From assembly GCA_951406725.2 (NCBI GenBank), contig OX597824.1, positions 72,416,001 to 72,480,000 on the forward strand: a stretch of DNA of 64,000 bases, written 5' to 3'. Positions 43,999-57,426 of this stretch are shown piece after piece. The position numbers were made by a program, and so were the translations under genes. This DNA comes from Octopus vulgaris. Lineage: Eukaryota. The notes under the pieces were generated by a model. The model saw nothing but the letters and a program-made list of their open reading frames with translations, did no database searches and was not told the DNA's origin. Positions within the stretch are counted from its first letter, which is position 1. Every line of letters starts with the position of its first letter.

Positions 43999-45085
43999 CT
44001 CGGAGAAGTACCACAGATGCCATCCTCATCGTAAGACAGTTGCAAGAAAAGTATTTAGCCAAAAGTAAGCCATTGTACTTAGCCTTTGTCGACCTGGAGA
44101 ACGCTTTCAACAGGGTTCCCTGCTCTCTTATTTAGTGGTCTCTAAGGAAGCTAGGAGTAGAGGAGTGGCTTGTTAAATGTACAAGTTGGAGCACACCTGG
44201 GATCAGATCTTAGTCCACTCTTATTTATCATAGTTTTCTAGGCCATAACAGATGAATTCAAAAATGGATGCCCATGGGAACTACTATATGATGATCTTGC
44301 TCTTATTACAGAATTTGAAGCAGAACTGGAGAAATTCTGGGTTTCAAAGCAAAACCTGGAATCAAAGAGCCTTAAAGTAAGCTAAAACTAAAAGTGTTAA
44401 CATAAAGTATACTAGCCATCTCAATATGGCTAACCACTAAGGGTGGGTGTTACTGTAGCTTTTAGCCCCAGGAGATCATTGTCTCCAGCTGGCTTTAGGC
44501 ACACTTTCTGTGCCCTTATGGTATTTGCAAAGGGAGGTCATCAGAGGGCACAGAAAGTGTGCCTAAAGCCAGCTGGAGACGATGATCTCCTGGGGCTAAA
44601 AGCTACAGTAACACCCACCCTTAGTGGTTAGCCATATTGAGATGGCTAATATACTTTACGTTGTCGAGCGGTTACTGTTTACATCTCGTTCAGAGATTTA
44701 TTATTACTAAAAGTGTTGTTTGTGAGAAAGGAGATAAGACTCTCATTCCAGCTGGCAAATAGCCCAGTTATATACGTAAGAAGGGAACAGGATGTAATTC
44801 CATTTGCTGCACCAAGTGTAACCTATGGATGCATAAAAGATGCAGTGGAATCGTGGGAAGATTATCAGATAAGGTTGCTTTCGTGTGTGGCAGATGCGCA
44901 GGAACAGTAAGTACTAACAGCACGAGGGGCTCTCCCAAATGCCCAGGAGGCTCTCTTGAGGCAGTAGAAATGGTGGTGGATGCTCTGAAAGTATTGTTTC
45001 TAGAATAAGAATAGAATGGAGAAAGTACAGAGAGCTACTATCTTTGTTGGCAACAAAAGGACACTCCCTCATAGTGAAAAGTAGA
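43997..45085 (+). mobile_element. Degenerate RTE-clade LINE fragment
   Basis: STTDAILIVRQLQEKY...AFVDLENAFNRVP and CPWELL; interrupted by the 44399-44705 insertion. Confidence 0.85.
44399..44705 (+). mobile_element. Fold-back short element with 12-bp target-site duplication
   Basis: Arms 44403-44516 / 44545-44658; TSD ACTAAAAGTGTT at 44387-44398 and 44706-44717; (TTA)n 3' end. Confidence 0.85.
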
Positions 45086-46357
45086 CCTGTCCATGAAACT
45101 GAGTGCTAGAAGTGTCGCGTCCCACCCTACTCTACCCTATGAAATCAACCTAAAACTCCTCTTCTAATTTTATATTTCTCTTCCTCACATTTCCTCATCA
45201 TACATTATGACTGTTTTCCAATCCCCTCTCTTGCTCTCACTGCCATGCTCATTGCATCACTGCTTCCTCCATCCCCCACCACCCACACCCACTCCCTACT
45301 TTTGTAACCAAGTTCTAGCTCATATTCTTATTACTTGTGAGTTTACCCTAGCACTACACCATCTCTCTTCTGCTCTCTCTTACACTTTTACTGTTTCCTA
45401 CTCTCTCTCTCTTTCTTTTGGTCACCCTCTCTCTCCTCTTGTTTATTCTCTGACTAAGTAACCAAGTATCACCTTTGCATCAGCACACTTGTTTCTGACC
45501 TCATTTTGTACTTCTCTCTCTATCTCCTTTTTCTCTCTCACTGGGTAACCATGCACCTCCTCTATAGCAAGATACTTGTTTCTGCCTCTCTATTTCTCTG
45601 TTACACTCTAACCTTTCTTCATTTGATACTGGATCACTTCCTCTAATGCCCCCTTTGTTGTGGCAGGACACCTGCTTCTGTCTCTCTCTGTCTCTTTGTC
45701 ACACTCTAACTTTCATCCTCTGACACAAATGCCCCTGACCCTCTCATTATTCCTTGTCTTGTGAGTTTCTTGGTTATGCAGCCAGTGCTGGTACCACATT
45801 AAAAGTATCCAGCCCACACTGTAACGTGGTTGGCATCTGGAAGGGCATCCAGCTATAAAAATCTTGCCAAAACTAACTTCACCTGTGTCAGTGACATGTA
45901 AAAAGCACTGAGTCCACTCTGCAGAGTGATTGGTGTTAGGAAGGGCATCCAACCATAAAATCCCTGCCAAAACAGAGTAGTCAAGAGTACAGGTGACAGT
46001 CAGATCGCTGACTTACTTTGTGCACTCAGCTGTTGTTATTTGATTACTGCTATTCTGTGCGTCTGTCCGTAAAGAGCAGTTGTGTTTTGCAGGGTTGCTT
46101 TAGTTTTACTTTTGACTTAGAAATGGAGAAAGGCATAGTGCTAGATTTTTTAAAAATAAGCCATTTGGGGATAGAAATATTGTGGAAAAACGTGAAATTC
46201 TTCGAGCAGGCAGGCCGACTCCTTCACTGAAAATCAAAGTTGGAACTTGAACATTCCAGATAAAATGGCATGAGCAGATTGATTGCCTTTGTGCAAGTAG
46301 TGTCACAGAGAAACTACTGGCCATGCTTGTTGTTTCAACCAAAAGCTAATCAGTTGT

Positions 46358-46517
46358 GCAGGAGTGGCTGTGTGGTAAGTAGCTTGCTTACCAACCACAT
46401 GGCTCCAGGTTCAGTCCCACTGCGTGGCATCTTGGGAAAGTGTCTTCCACTATAGCTTTGGGCCGACCAAAGCCTTGTGAGTGGATTTGGTAGACGGAAA
46501 CTCAAAGAAGCCCGTCG

Positions 46518-46579
<62 letters not shown>

Positions 46580-46795
46580 TGTGTATGTTTGTGTGTGTTT
46601 GTGTCTGTGTTTGTCCCCCTAGCATTGCTTGACAACCGATGCTGGTGTGTTTGTCCCCGTATCTTAGCGGTTCGGCAAAAGTGACCGATAGAATTAAGTA
46701 CCGGGCTTACAAAGAATAAGTCCTGGGTTCGATTTGCTCAACTAATGGCGGTGCTCCAGCATGGCCGCAGTCAAATGACTGAAACAAGTAAAAGA
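46358..46795 (+). mobile_element. tRNA-derived SINE, full length
   Basis: Homologous to 11750-12150. Confidence 0.85.
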
Positions 46796-46799
46796 GATG

Positions 46800-47810
46800 G
46801 AGGCTATAATAATTATGAAAACATCCTGAGTGACTGTAAGCATCACAGCAAATTAGTGAGTAATTTAATTAGTATTTTACATCTTCCAATACCAGGCGGA
46901 AAAACTTTTTCAGACAGTTTAAAGTTAGTATTCTATCACTGTGCGAAACAAGATGGTGCTATAGATCAAGAACTGTGTCATTCATAAATCTATTACATGA
47001 AAACTTGAAAAAGCCTTCACAAGTATTCTAGGCTTTAGGGACAAGTGGGATAAAGATACAGTTTGTCAAACAGACGTTCTACTTCACATTCATGTTTTTC
47101 ATCAATTGCTTTGATAATATACTTTCTCAGGCTGGAAAAAATCTTTGGTATAATACAGTGTAAACAACTCGACATAATGAAGCATGGTCAGAGTAAACTA
47201 TATGACTTCATTAATTGTGTTGAAGGCTATCGTAAGGACGAACATTATGAAAACATTCTGTGCGATACAGCTGCTGTCATTGAATAGGCAGAAGAGTCTG
47301 ATCCTCCTCCTAGAAAAATAGTTAGAAGTGCACAAATTAACTACGAAACTATTTTGAAATAACTGAAAACATTCTAATGTCCTTACGAGAGAGATTTTCT
47401 AGCATTCAGGAGAATGCATTTTTTGAATTACTCGACGTTAATAAGTTTGAAGAGTTTGTTAACTCATTTCCCATGCAACATATGGACTCTCTAGAAAAAC
47501 AAGTATCCCTGTATTTTTGACTGTAAGAGCTTAGTGAACGAGCTAAAATATATGTATATTGACAGTGGTTTCAAAAAGTGCAAATCAATAAACTTTTTAG
47601 AATTACTGTATAAATTGGAGCTGACTTCTGCTACGCTGGAATCCATTTAAATAAGCTTGTGCTGACCATCCCCTCAACATCAGCTGCTAATGAGAGAAGT
47701 TTCTCTATGTTTGATAGAATCCGCTCATATCTGAGAAGCACAATGGCCCAAGAACAGCTGTCTTCTCTGGCTCATATTTCCTTCCAGAAACGCATTTTGA
47801 ATGACTTGGC
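46800..47810 (+). pseudogene. hAT-family transposase remnant
   Basis: LTIPSTSAANERSFSMFDRIRSYLRSTMAQEQLSSLA at ~47660-47775 matches the hAT dimerisation motif; upstream frames are disrupted. The 5' boundary is approximate. Confidence 0.75.
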
Positions 47811-48223
47811 TATGTTTCTTTCTTTCTCTCCATTGTAGCTGGATCTAGAAAGACATGTTCTTGTTTGTCTCCTGCCTCAACTTGATTTATGCGTTCGCCA
47901 CCACAACCTCAATTAGGCTTAGCAGCCATTCCTGTTTGTTTTCACTGTCCTGTTTGTGTTACCTATTTTGACACTCCGCAAAATCCCAAATTTTATTTAA
48001 TTTGCTTTGCGGTAGCAACAATTTTATTGAAAGCATATATTGTTAAATGCTCGAAATACAAGACTAGAAAACTACCCAACAACTGATGAAGGGTCGTTCT
48101 TCATGCTGTTTGTTTTGTTTTCCATTTGTGTCTTTCGTTGTTCGAAAGAATAGTTCATATTCCATGTACTTATGCTTCATACTTTTTTGTTGTTCATGTT
48201 TCATGATGTCCTGTGCCCACATA

Positions 48224-48274
<51 letters not shown>

Positions 48275-48415
48275 GTATAAATGTAAGTATGTACATATAC
48301 GCATGTATATATGCATATATATATATATATTATTTATATTGTTATATGATTGAATGCCACGCATCCTTTTCTAAGTATGTATGTATGTATATCTATCTAT
48401 CTATCTATCAATCTA

Positions 48416-48463
<48 letters not shown>

Positions 48464-48775
48464 ACTATCTATCTATCTATATATATATATATATTCTAAG
48501 GTAACCATGGGCATTGTATCTGAAATTAAAGCCAACAATTTTGTTTACCAAGTAATGCCAACATCGCTATGGAAAATAAACTTCTCTGAAAATCTTTTTA
48601 TCTACCATGGCAGGAAGGAAAACAAGTCCAGTTGATTCCTAATGCAGGAAAAGACTTGCTCCCTGTCTGACGCAAACGCACGCACGCAAGACCGTTACTC
48701 TAAAACTCGTTTTTTATTTTTATTCGTCCCCTGCAACAATTACTCAATGTATGTTTATATAAATTTACAATTTAC

Positions 48776-48848
48776 CTTTAAAATTTATCATTTTGACATT
48801 TTCCACTATGTCGGCGAAACCTTCATTGTCTTCATATGTATTACTAGT
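48776..48848 (-). CDS. alpha-carbonic anhydrase exon (TSNTYEDNEGFADIVENVKMINFKG)
   Basis: 73-nt exon with ttgcag acceptor and AAAG|GTAAAT donor. Phase 0 to phase 1 exactly bridges the neighbouring exons; DN..F..I...I..KG pattern. Confidence 0.82.
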
Positions 48849-48871
48849 CTGCAAATTAGAAAAGAAAGGCG

Positions 48872-48929
<58 letters not shown>

Positions 48930-48937
48930 ATATACAT

Positions 48938-49416
48938 ATAAGAGGGATGACCACTAAGTGGACATTCATTATGCTAGAAGTAAGACTTTTGAAAGATAAC
49001 CCCAAATGTAATTGGTAGAACTGTATACATTTTCAATCACATGCAGACGTCTCGTGTATAGTTCTACAACTTATATTTTGCTATGACAATCACACTGATG
49101 AGTCACGGACAATTATGTAAGTGGTAACAACGAAACTGGGTTTGTAATTAATTTTAAAATTTTGTACTTTTTCATTCGTCTTGCTCGTTTACATTCTGGC
49201 GTTTGCTAAATTGTCTTGAGAACAATCCTTTCTTAGTGGTAAGACCATAGAGGATCTACTTCTAGCATAATAGATGTCCACTTAGTGGTCATCCCTCTTA
49301 TATGTTTGTAATATAATTTTTCTGAATCTTCAGATTTTTCAATGTTAAACCACTGGTTTTTTAAATTGATATTAATCAAATTAATATTCAATTTTTCACC
49401 CTTATTATTTTAAATT

Positions 49417-49420
<4 letters not shown>
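48938..49420 (+). mobile_element. PLE-like pLTR with short inverted 5' copy and degenerate hammerhead
   Basis: ~48938-48985 is inverted at ~49255-49303. CTGATGA...CGAAAC lies at 49095-49136. Confidence 0.6.
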
Positions 49421-49502
<82 letters not shown>

Positions 49503-49505
<3 letters not shown>

Positions 49506-51580
49506 AGAGTTTACGAAAAAAACAAAAGATGAAGACAGGTGGTGTACAAAACAAACAGATGTATTAGTATAACGCTCAGGAATAGAAAAAGTCTTTTACG
49601 TTTCGAGCCTACGCTCTTCTACAGAAAGGGACACAGAAAAAACAAGGAGATAAAAAAATGTGTGTAGTGGCTAACGATCTATCATGGTGACTAGTGCCGG
49701 ACAGAAGGGTCAAACACAGGAAGGAAAGTAGGGGAGATAACAAGGTAAAGTTGACCCCCAACACAAAGGTGCGTGTGTGTATAAAAGAGTAGGTATGTAC
49801 GTGTGAAAGAGGGCTGGTGGTCTGGACGTGTGCGTGTATGTATGTGTTGGTGTGAAGATGTGAGGATGGGTGTGTGTGGGTGATGTGTTGTGATGTGTAA
49901 TATTGTATGGTGTAGTGTGGTGTGGTGTGATGTTGTTGGGAGGTGGGGAAGGCGAGAGTGGGGAAAGCACGTGTGGGGTGTGGGTTCGGCTGGGGGTTGG
50001 GGTTTGTGGGTAGGCAGAGGTTGGGGTGGGGGTAGAGGTGGGGTATGTGGGATAGGATGGGGGTATGGGAAGGATCGGGAAGGTGGAGTAGGGATGTGTA
50101 GGGGTAGGTGATTTTATTGGGGGAGGGGAAGGTGGGTATGTGAGGAGAGAGAGGAGAAGAAAAGAGAGTAAGAGAGAAAGAGAGGGTGAAAGAGTAGGAG
50201 AGAAGAGAGGAGGAGAGAAGAGAGTAAGAGGGAAGAGAGAAAGAGAGAAGAGAGTAAGAGGGAAGAGGGAAGGAGGAGAGAGAAAGAGAGTAGGATAGAA
50301 GAGAGAAAGAGAGTAAGAAAGAAGAGGGAAAGAGAGTAGGGGTGAAGGGAAGTAGCAGTGAAGAGAAGTAGGAGTCGGGGCAATAGAGGAGAGTTGGGTG
50401 GGAAGAAGGAGGAGGGAGGGGGAGAGAAGAGAGAAGGAGAGTGAGGGAGCAGAGAGAAAGAGAGTAAGGGAGAAGAGGGAAAGAGAGTAGGGGTGAAAAG
50501 ATGTAGGAGTGAAGAGAAGTAAGAGTCGGGGAGGGGGTTAGATGAAGAGGGGAGGAGAGTTGTGCCCAAATGGCGTAAAAGAGCGAAGAGAGAAGATTAA
50601 TCCAGTTCACGGCGCAAACGGGAGTCCAGATGGCCTCTGTGCAAGGACAATCCGAACACAGACAGGTGTTGCAAGGAGTGACCGGTGGAGCGGAAATGGC
50701 ATGAGACTGGGATGTCATTGCCGCCGCAGCGACGGTCGGAAAAAAGGGGCGCATCGGGATGCCGAGTCCGATGCCAACGCTACAGCCCCGTACCGGTCTG
50801 CCGCTTCGCGTGAAGACGTGTCCCGGCGCTCGGCGGCGCGACGCCGAGTGAACAGCGACGCGGCCGCGTGAGGCGACACACACGGCCCGACCGACCCGGT
50901 CCTCGGTGTCAGAGATAGCGTAAGAGAAGTGGAGGGCAGGATGGAAAGATTTGACGAAAGAGAGGAAGGAGTCTAGATGTTCGCGGGAGAGTAAAGTGGC
51001 GCCGATACAGTCGTCAATATAATGGCCATATAGTTCGGGAGTGGGACCAGTGAAACTAGAGGATATTTGGGCCTCAACATAGCCAACGAACAGATTCGCT
51101 TAGTTGGGGCCCATTCTCGTTCCCATGGCCACTCCCGAGAACTTCTGGCAGAACTCACCCGCGAACGAGAAGCAGTTGAGTTAGAGGACAAGTTCGGCCA
51201 GACGAACGAGGTGTCCCATTTGTCTGATGTACAGGGAATGGCAGAGAGAGCAGGAGATGCAATAGATGATATTGCTGGAGGTGCAGGTGAAAGAGTCGAT
51301 GATGCGATATGGTCGATAATGGGTGCCGGTGAGGAGGGTGGTGTTGGAGAGGTAAGGGCAAGTGCGGCAGCGTGGGTGGGAGCAGGAGAACGAGCCAGGT
51401 TGGGAGGTAGGGTTGGGGAAGAAGCTGTGGACCAAGAGGTCTCGTAGGTTGTGGGCTCGTTTGAAGGAGGGGGGTCGGTTAGGGAAGATGTGTGAAGTGG
51501 ACGGGTCGGACTGGAGATGCTGAAAGCTCGAGGAATGGTGTGTTGGAGAGGTAGGGTGGTGGGGTAGTAGGTGAGGGTGG
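49503..51580 (-). mobile_element. Penelope-like element 3' part (GIY-YIG, purine-rich UTR, pLTR)
   Basis: FKRAHNLRDLLVHS, CxxxRCxTC, FTCTSSNIIYCISC..C..LYI; the pLTR at 49503-49690 has a hammerhead-like core. Confidence 0.85.
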
Positions 51581-54500
51581 ACTACCTCGTTGACGAACGA
51601 CAGAGACCTTCTCTTTGTGGCTGGTGATTTCAATGGGCATGTTGGAAAACATGCTGGGGGCTTCCATGGTGTACATGGAGGCTATGGCTATGGTTCCCGC
51701 AACGAGGAGGGAACCAGGCTCCTGGAGTTCTGCGATGCAAATGATCTCATGGTTTGCAACATTAACTTCAGGAAACCTACCAGCCACCTAGTCACCTACC
51801 GATCGGGTCAACATACCAGCCAAATTGACTACATCCTTGCCAGGAAAAGGGAAAGATGGCTGCTTATAAATACCAAAACCTTCCCAGGCGAAGAATGTAC
51901 CCCACAACATAGACTGGCAGTTAGTGACTTTAGGATCAGGACTAAGAGGACGACCAGAAGACGACCAACATGGAGAAGAAGGATTTGGAAGCTTAAAGAT
52001 CCTGCAAATGGACAGAGATTTAGGGACATATTACTTGAAGCCTTTGACGAAGTAGAAGGGGATAGAGCATCATAGGGGGTAGAAGACAACTGGACGTTTC
52101 TAAGGGACAACCTGCTGAGAGCCACTGACCAGATCTGTGGCTGGTGCAAAGTCCCCTCTCGACCTAGAATAACGTGGTGGTGGAACAATGTTGTAGACAG
52201 GGCTATTAGAGAAAAGAGACAGGCTTGGAAGGACTGGAAAAATGGGGGTAGCAGGGAATTGTATCAGGCTGCCAAAAGAGAAGCTAGGAGACAGGTTTAT
52301 TTAGCCAGAGGGGAAGCAAATAAGAAAAAATTTGCCAATGTTCTGCGCCGTGAGGACCAAAGACTTGAGGTATTTCGCGTTGCAAGACAGTGTGTGAGAG
52401 AGAATCATGATGTGGTAGGAGAGAAATGTGTTCGCATGGATGATGGTTCACTTGCGCTAAATGAGGATGCAAAGAGAGAGGTGTGGAGACGCCACTATAA
52501 AAGGTTGCTGAATGAAGAAAATGAATGGGATAAAGAGAGTCTGCCGAATGTCGACCCAACAGAGGGACCAGCTATCCGAGTTGACAGTTCCTTGGTAATT
52601 GAGGCAATTAGAAGCATGAAGACAGGGAAAGCCCCAGGCCCATTAGGAATTACTGCAGAGATGCTCAAAATATCTGGCAGTGTCGGCTATAGCCTAGTCA
52701 TCCGTATAGTTAACCAGGTAATACACGAAGGAGTCATACCCAATGACTGGTGTAGCAGCATAATAGTCAACTGCTACAAAGGTAAAGGTGACGCCCTAGA
52801 TACAAATAATTACAGAGGTATCAAGCTGTTGGATCAGGTAGTGAAGGTTACGGAGAGGGTCATAGCCCAACTAATTAGAGAGAGAGTTAGTTTAGATGAG
52901 ATGCAGTTTGGATTCGTGCCAGGGAAAAGCACCACTGATGCCATATTCCTGGTAAGACAGCTGCTGGAGAAATATCTAGCCAAAGATAAGCCCCTGTACA
53001 TGGCTTTCGTTGACATGGAGAAAGCTTTCGACAGGGTCCCCCAATCCCTTATCTGGTGGTCAATGAGGAAACTAGAGATAGATAAATGGCTAGTGAGAGC
53101 TGTGCAAGCCATGTACAGGGACGCTGCTAGTAAGGTGAGGGTTGGCTACGAGTACAGTGAAAAATTCCGGGTAGAGGTAGGGGTCTACCAAGGTTCAGCC
53201 CTCAGCCCCCTCCTATTTATCGTAGTCCTCTAGGCAATAACGGAGGAATTCAAGACAGAATGCCCCTGGGAGCTCCTCTATGCTGATGACCTTGCTCTAA
53301 TTGCTGAGTCACTATCAGAACTGGAGGAGAAGTTTCAGGTGTGGAAGCAAGGATTAGAATCGAAGGGCCTTAGAGTCAATCTAGCTAAAACCAAAGTCCT
53401 AATAAGTAGGAAGGTAGACAAGTCACAAACGCCTTCAGGTAGATGGCTTTGGTCGATCTGTAGGAAAGGCGTAGGTAGGAACTCTATAAGATGCACCAAG
53501 TGTAAGCTATGGGCACACAAGAGGTGTAGCAACGTCAAGGGAAGGCTAACTAGGAAGATAGTTTTTGTATGTGGCAGATGCTCAGGAGCAATAAACACTG
53601 AAAATGCTCTGAGATCAACTTCCGTCACTTTCCAGGGAGAAAAACTAGAAATAGTTGATAGCTTCCGTTACCTAGGTGACCAAGTCAGTAGCGGGGGCGG
53701 TGTGTTGAAAGTGTAACTGCTAGAGTAAGAATAGCTTGGGCAAAGTTCAGAGAGCTCTTACCTCTGCTAGGGACAAAAGGCTTCTCGCTCAGAGTAAAAG
53801 GTAGACTGTATGATGCTTGTGTACGAACAGTCATGCTACATGGCAGTGAAACATGGGCCGTGACTGCTGAGGATATGCGTAAGCTCACAAGAAATGAAGC
53901 CAGTATGCTCCGATGGATGTGTAATGTCAGTGTTCATACTCGACAGAATGTAAGTACCTTGAGAGAGAAGTTGGACCTAAGAAGCATCAGTTGCGGTGTG
54001 CAAGAGAGACATTTGCGCTGATATGGCCATGTGGCGAGAATGGATGAAGATAGTTGTGTGAAAAAGTGCCACACCCTAGCTGTTGAGGGAATCTGTGGAA
54101 GAGGCAGACCCAGGAAAACCTGGGATGAGGTGGTGAAGCATGACCTTCGAACTTTAGGTCTCACCGTGGAAATGACTAGAGACCGAGACCTTTGGAAGTA
54201 TGCTGTGCGTGAGAAGGCCCGGCAGGACAAGTGAGACCATCACCCATAGCCTCAGTCCACTTATGCATACCTTTCCTTCTTGGGACACAAAACCCTACTT
54301 GTGAAGACCTGTTGAGGCAAGTGAAAATCAAAAAATAAAAAAAATGAAAAAATAAAAAAAATGAAAAAATGAAAAATCAAAATTGATCAACATGAATGGA
54401 AATTGTCGCTGTGATATCAGTGCTGGTGGCACATAAGAAAACCATCCGAACGTGGCTGTTGCCAGTGCCGCCCTGACTGGCTTCCGTGCCGGTGGCACGT

Positions 54501-54867
54501 AAAAAGCACCATCCAATCGTGACCGTTGCCAGCCTCGCCTGGCCTCCGTGCCGGTGGCACGTAAAAAGCACCATCCGATCGTGGCCGTTTGCCAGCTTCG
54601 CCTAGCCTCCGTGCCGGTGGCACGTAAAAACCACCATCCGACCGTGGCCGTTTGCCAGACTTGTCTGGCACCTGTGCAGGTGGCACATAAAAAGCACCCA
54701 CTACACTCATGGAGTGGTTGGCGTTAGGAAGGGCATCCAGCCGTAGAAACATTGCCAGATCAGATTGGGCCTGGTGCAGCCTTCTGGCTTCCCAGACCCC
54801 AGTTGAACCGTCCAACCCATGCCAGCACGGAAAGCGGACGCTAAACGATGATGATGATGATGATGAT
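51581..54867 (+). mobile_element. RTE-clade LINE, 5'-truncated: APE endonuclease end, RT, Cys-rich insert, 3' UTR with ~56-bp tandem units and (GAT)n tail
   Basis: GDFNGHVG, SQIDYIL, QHR; NYRGIKLL, AFVDMEKAFDRV, QGSALSPLLF, YADD; GRPRKTW. A few stops and frameshifts. Confidence 0.95.
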
Positions 54868-54947
54868 ATACATATACATACATACATATATATGTATATA
54901 TATGTATATATATACATATACATATATAAATATTACATACATACAAA

Positions 54948-55190
54948 CTTCTTCTCCTCCCACCCCAGATACACCAAGCTTTACATCCCCTATTCCCAAT
55001 TCCTCCGACTACGCAGGCTCTGTAGTTATGACCATGACTTTGAGACTCAGTCTCAACTCATGGCTCGCCACTTCATCCTACGTGGATATCCCCTCACCAC
55101 TATCCACACCGCCCTTGCCAGAGCACGTTCCATGGACCGTGCATCTGCTCTCTCCCACCAAACCCGCCCTGCAGTATCCTGCCTCCCTTC
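54948..55190 (+). mobile_element. Inverted 5' piece of the PLE at 49503-51580
   Basis: SSHP..TK..IPYSQFLRLRRLCS...F..RGYP is the PLE RT thumb, and it is contiguous in protein terms with the piece starting at 51580 on the other strand. Confidence 0.8.
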
Positions 55191-55204
55191 CTCAAGAAAA
55201 TGGA

Positions 55205-55314
55205 TCACTATTATTAATATCATTATTATTATTATTATTATCATCATCATTATCATCATCATCATCATCATCATTATTATCATTATTATCATTATCATTA
55301 TTATCATTATCATT

Positions 55315-55373
<59 letters not shown>

Positions 55374-55495
55374 CATCATCATCATCATCATTATTATTAT
55401 TATTGTCATTATCATTATCCTTATTATTATCATCATCATCATCATTATTATTATTATTGTCATTATCATTATCATTATTATCATCATCATCATCA

Positions 55496-55541
<46 letters not shown>

Positions 55542-55542
55542 T
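55205..55542. repeat. (ATT/ATC)n trinucleotide microsatellite
   Basis: Direct inspection. Confidence 0.95.
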
Positions 55543-55544
55543 GA

Positions 55545-56200
55545 ATGAGAGAGCAGCGCATGCCATCAAAATGACACTGGGGTACAAATATATGAAGCCC
55601 AATATACCCATCATGACTTCCCATTTGACAACCACATGTGCGCGACATGGTGATTTCACATCAAAATAAATAGCGCATGACCTTGCAGGTGGTGCCCAGT
55701 TAGAATTTTCTTCAGGCCAAGTAGCCCTTCCCGCCCAAAAGGTCCCTGAATAAGGGTTGTTTAAGGCTGTTGAACGAAACACCCATGTTTCCAGAGGTGA
55801 ATTATCCAAACTCCAAAGAATCCCTCTCAACACATGAGTATGATGCTCCCCACCACTTCGGCTCATGATCAGAGATGCAACCGATCATCAACTACCAAGG
55901 GACATGTGGTGGAGAGCATCATAGCCATGTGTTGAGAGGGATTCTTTGAAGTTTGGATAATTCACCTCTGGAAACATGGGTGTTTCGTTCAACAGCCTTA
56001 AACAACCTTTATTCAGGGACCTTTTGGGCGGGATGGGCTACTTGGCATGAAGATCAAGCAAATGACAAGCAAGTCCGTAGTATTCAGCAGAATACATGCT
56101 GTAGTCCTATCTTAATCGAAGACAGTACATGTGCATGATAACACTTCCAATCAGTTACGATTATAAACCATGGGAGCCGGTGCCTGGTATTGCTAGGGAG
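55545..56200. mobile_element. Element with internal 148-bp inverted repeat (55709-55856 / 55906-56053) beside an (ATT/ATC)n tract
   Basis: The arms are directly reverse-complementary; class uncertain. Confidence 0.6.
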
Positions 56201-57365
56201 GTGGATTGACAGAATCCCTAAAGCATCGGACAGAATGCCTTGTGGTATCTAGTAACGGCTCTTTGTATTCTGGATTGAAATTCAGCATGGGTCAATTTTG
56301 CCTCTCATCCACCCGGAAGTGATAAAATAATATACCATTCAGCGTAATCAGTTTTTCCCCTTCAAAATTGCTAGTACGGGATGTGCAGCACAGATTTTTG
56401 TCAGTGAACAGGTCGCGGTCTTAAAGCAACGAAAATATTTTGACAAATTAAACTTAAATGTTGAAGTGAATCGAACGGCTTTTGTGTATTTCTTAAATGG
56501 CTTACAAACACCTTCCACGCTGCAATTGTTTTCGTTTCAGCACACGATCAAATCACTTGCTATGCAAGTATATCTCCAAAATTGCTAGTCTTGTACTGAA
56601 AATTTTCAGCATAACTACAGTTTGATGCCCCATTTATCATTGCCCGCTCATCATAGCTTTCAGAAAAATGCAAATTTTTTAAGTAAAGAATAAAAGTTTT
56701 CAGAGGTACGTGCAGAGTACGATTATATTGGCTCTTTCTCCCTTTCTCAAATTTATTTCATCATAACTCTCTTTAAAATGCATATTTTTTTGATATTCAG
56801 AAATGCGTTTTTGAGAGTGTAGGTTAAGTAATGTTAATATTTCAAGTAAAAAAGTGAAAAGTATTAAGATACAGAAATTGGTGGTAACAAAGTCGGGGGT
56901 GAGAGGGAGAAATTATCACAAATTCCCCCATTAGAATTTTTAAGAAATTCTATCAAGGTACTCGCAATCTTTATCTTTGGAGATGTATCACTGCAAAATT
57001 TTATTGAAAAAAAAAAAAAAGAATGAATACATTTTTCGGAAAGTTATGACGAAACAAAGTCAGAGGTGCACCAAAACGAGATCCGGCATGTCAAACATAG
57101 ATTTATTTTAGTGTTGAGAGAAAAAGGAAAACAAAAAGAAAAAGAAAAAGAATGTGTGTCTGTGTTTGTCCCCCTAGCATAGCTTGACAACCGATGCTGG
57201 TGTGTTTACGTCGCCGTCACTTAGCGGTTCGGCAAAAGGAGACCGATAGAATAAGTACTGGGTTTACAAAGAATAAGTCCCGAGGTCGATTTGCTCGACT
57301 AAAGGCAGTGCTCCAGCATGGCCGCAGTCAAATGACTGAAACAAGTAAAAGAGTAAAGAGTAAGA

Positions 57366-57426
<61 letters not shown>

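Noticed and set aside
48020-48110. Additional CTGATGA hits (also 8611, 17750 and 58285)
   Set aside because: No properly placed GAAA core or stems, so they are too degenerate to call.
49609-50883. 424-aa Ser/Leu/Pro-rich ORF
   Set aside because: Low-complexity pyrimidine-rich 3' region of a PLE with no domain signature.
54420-54700. ~56-bp repeat array resembling a CRISPR
   Set aside because: Tandem units without unique spacers, inside an RTE 3' UTR in eukaryotic DNA.
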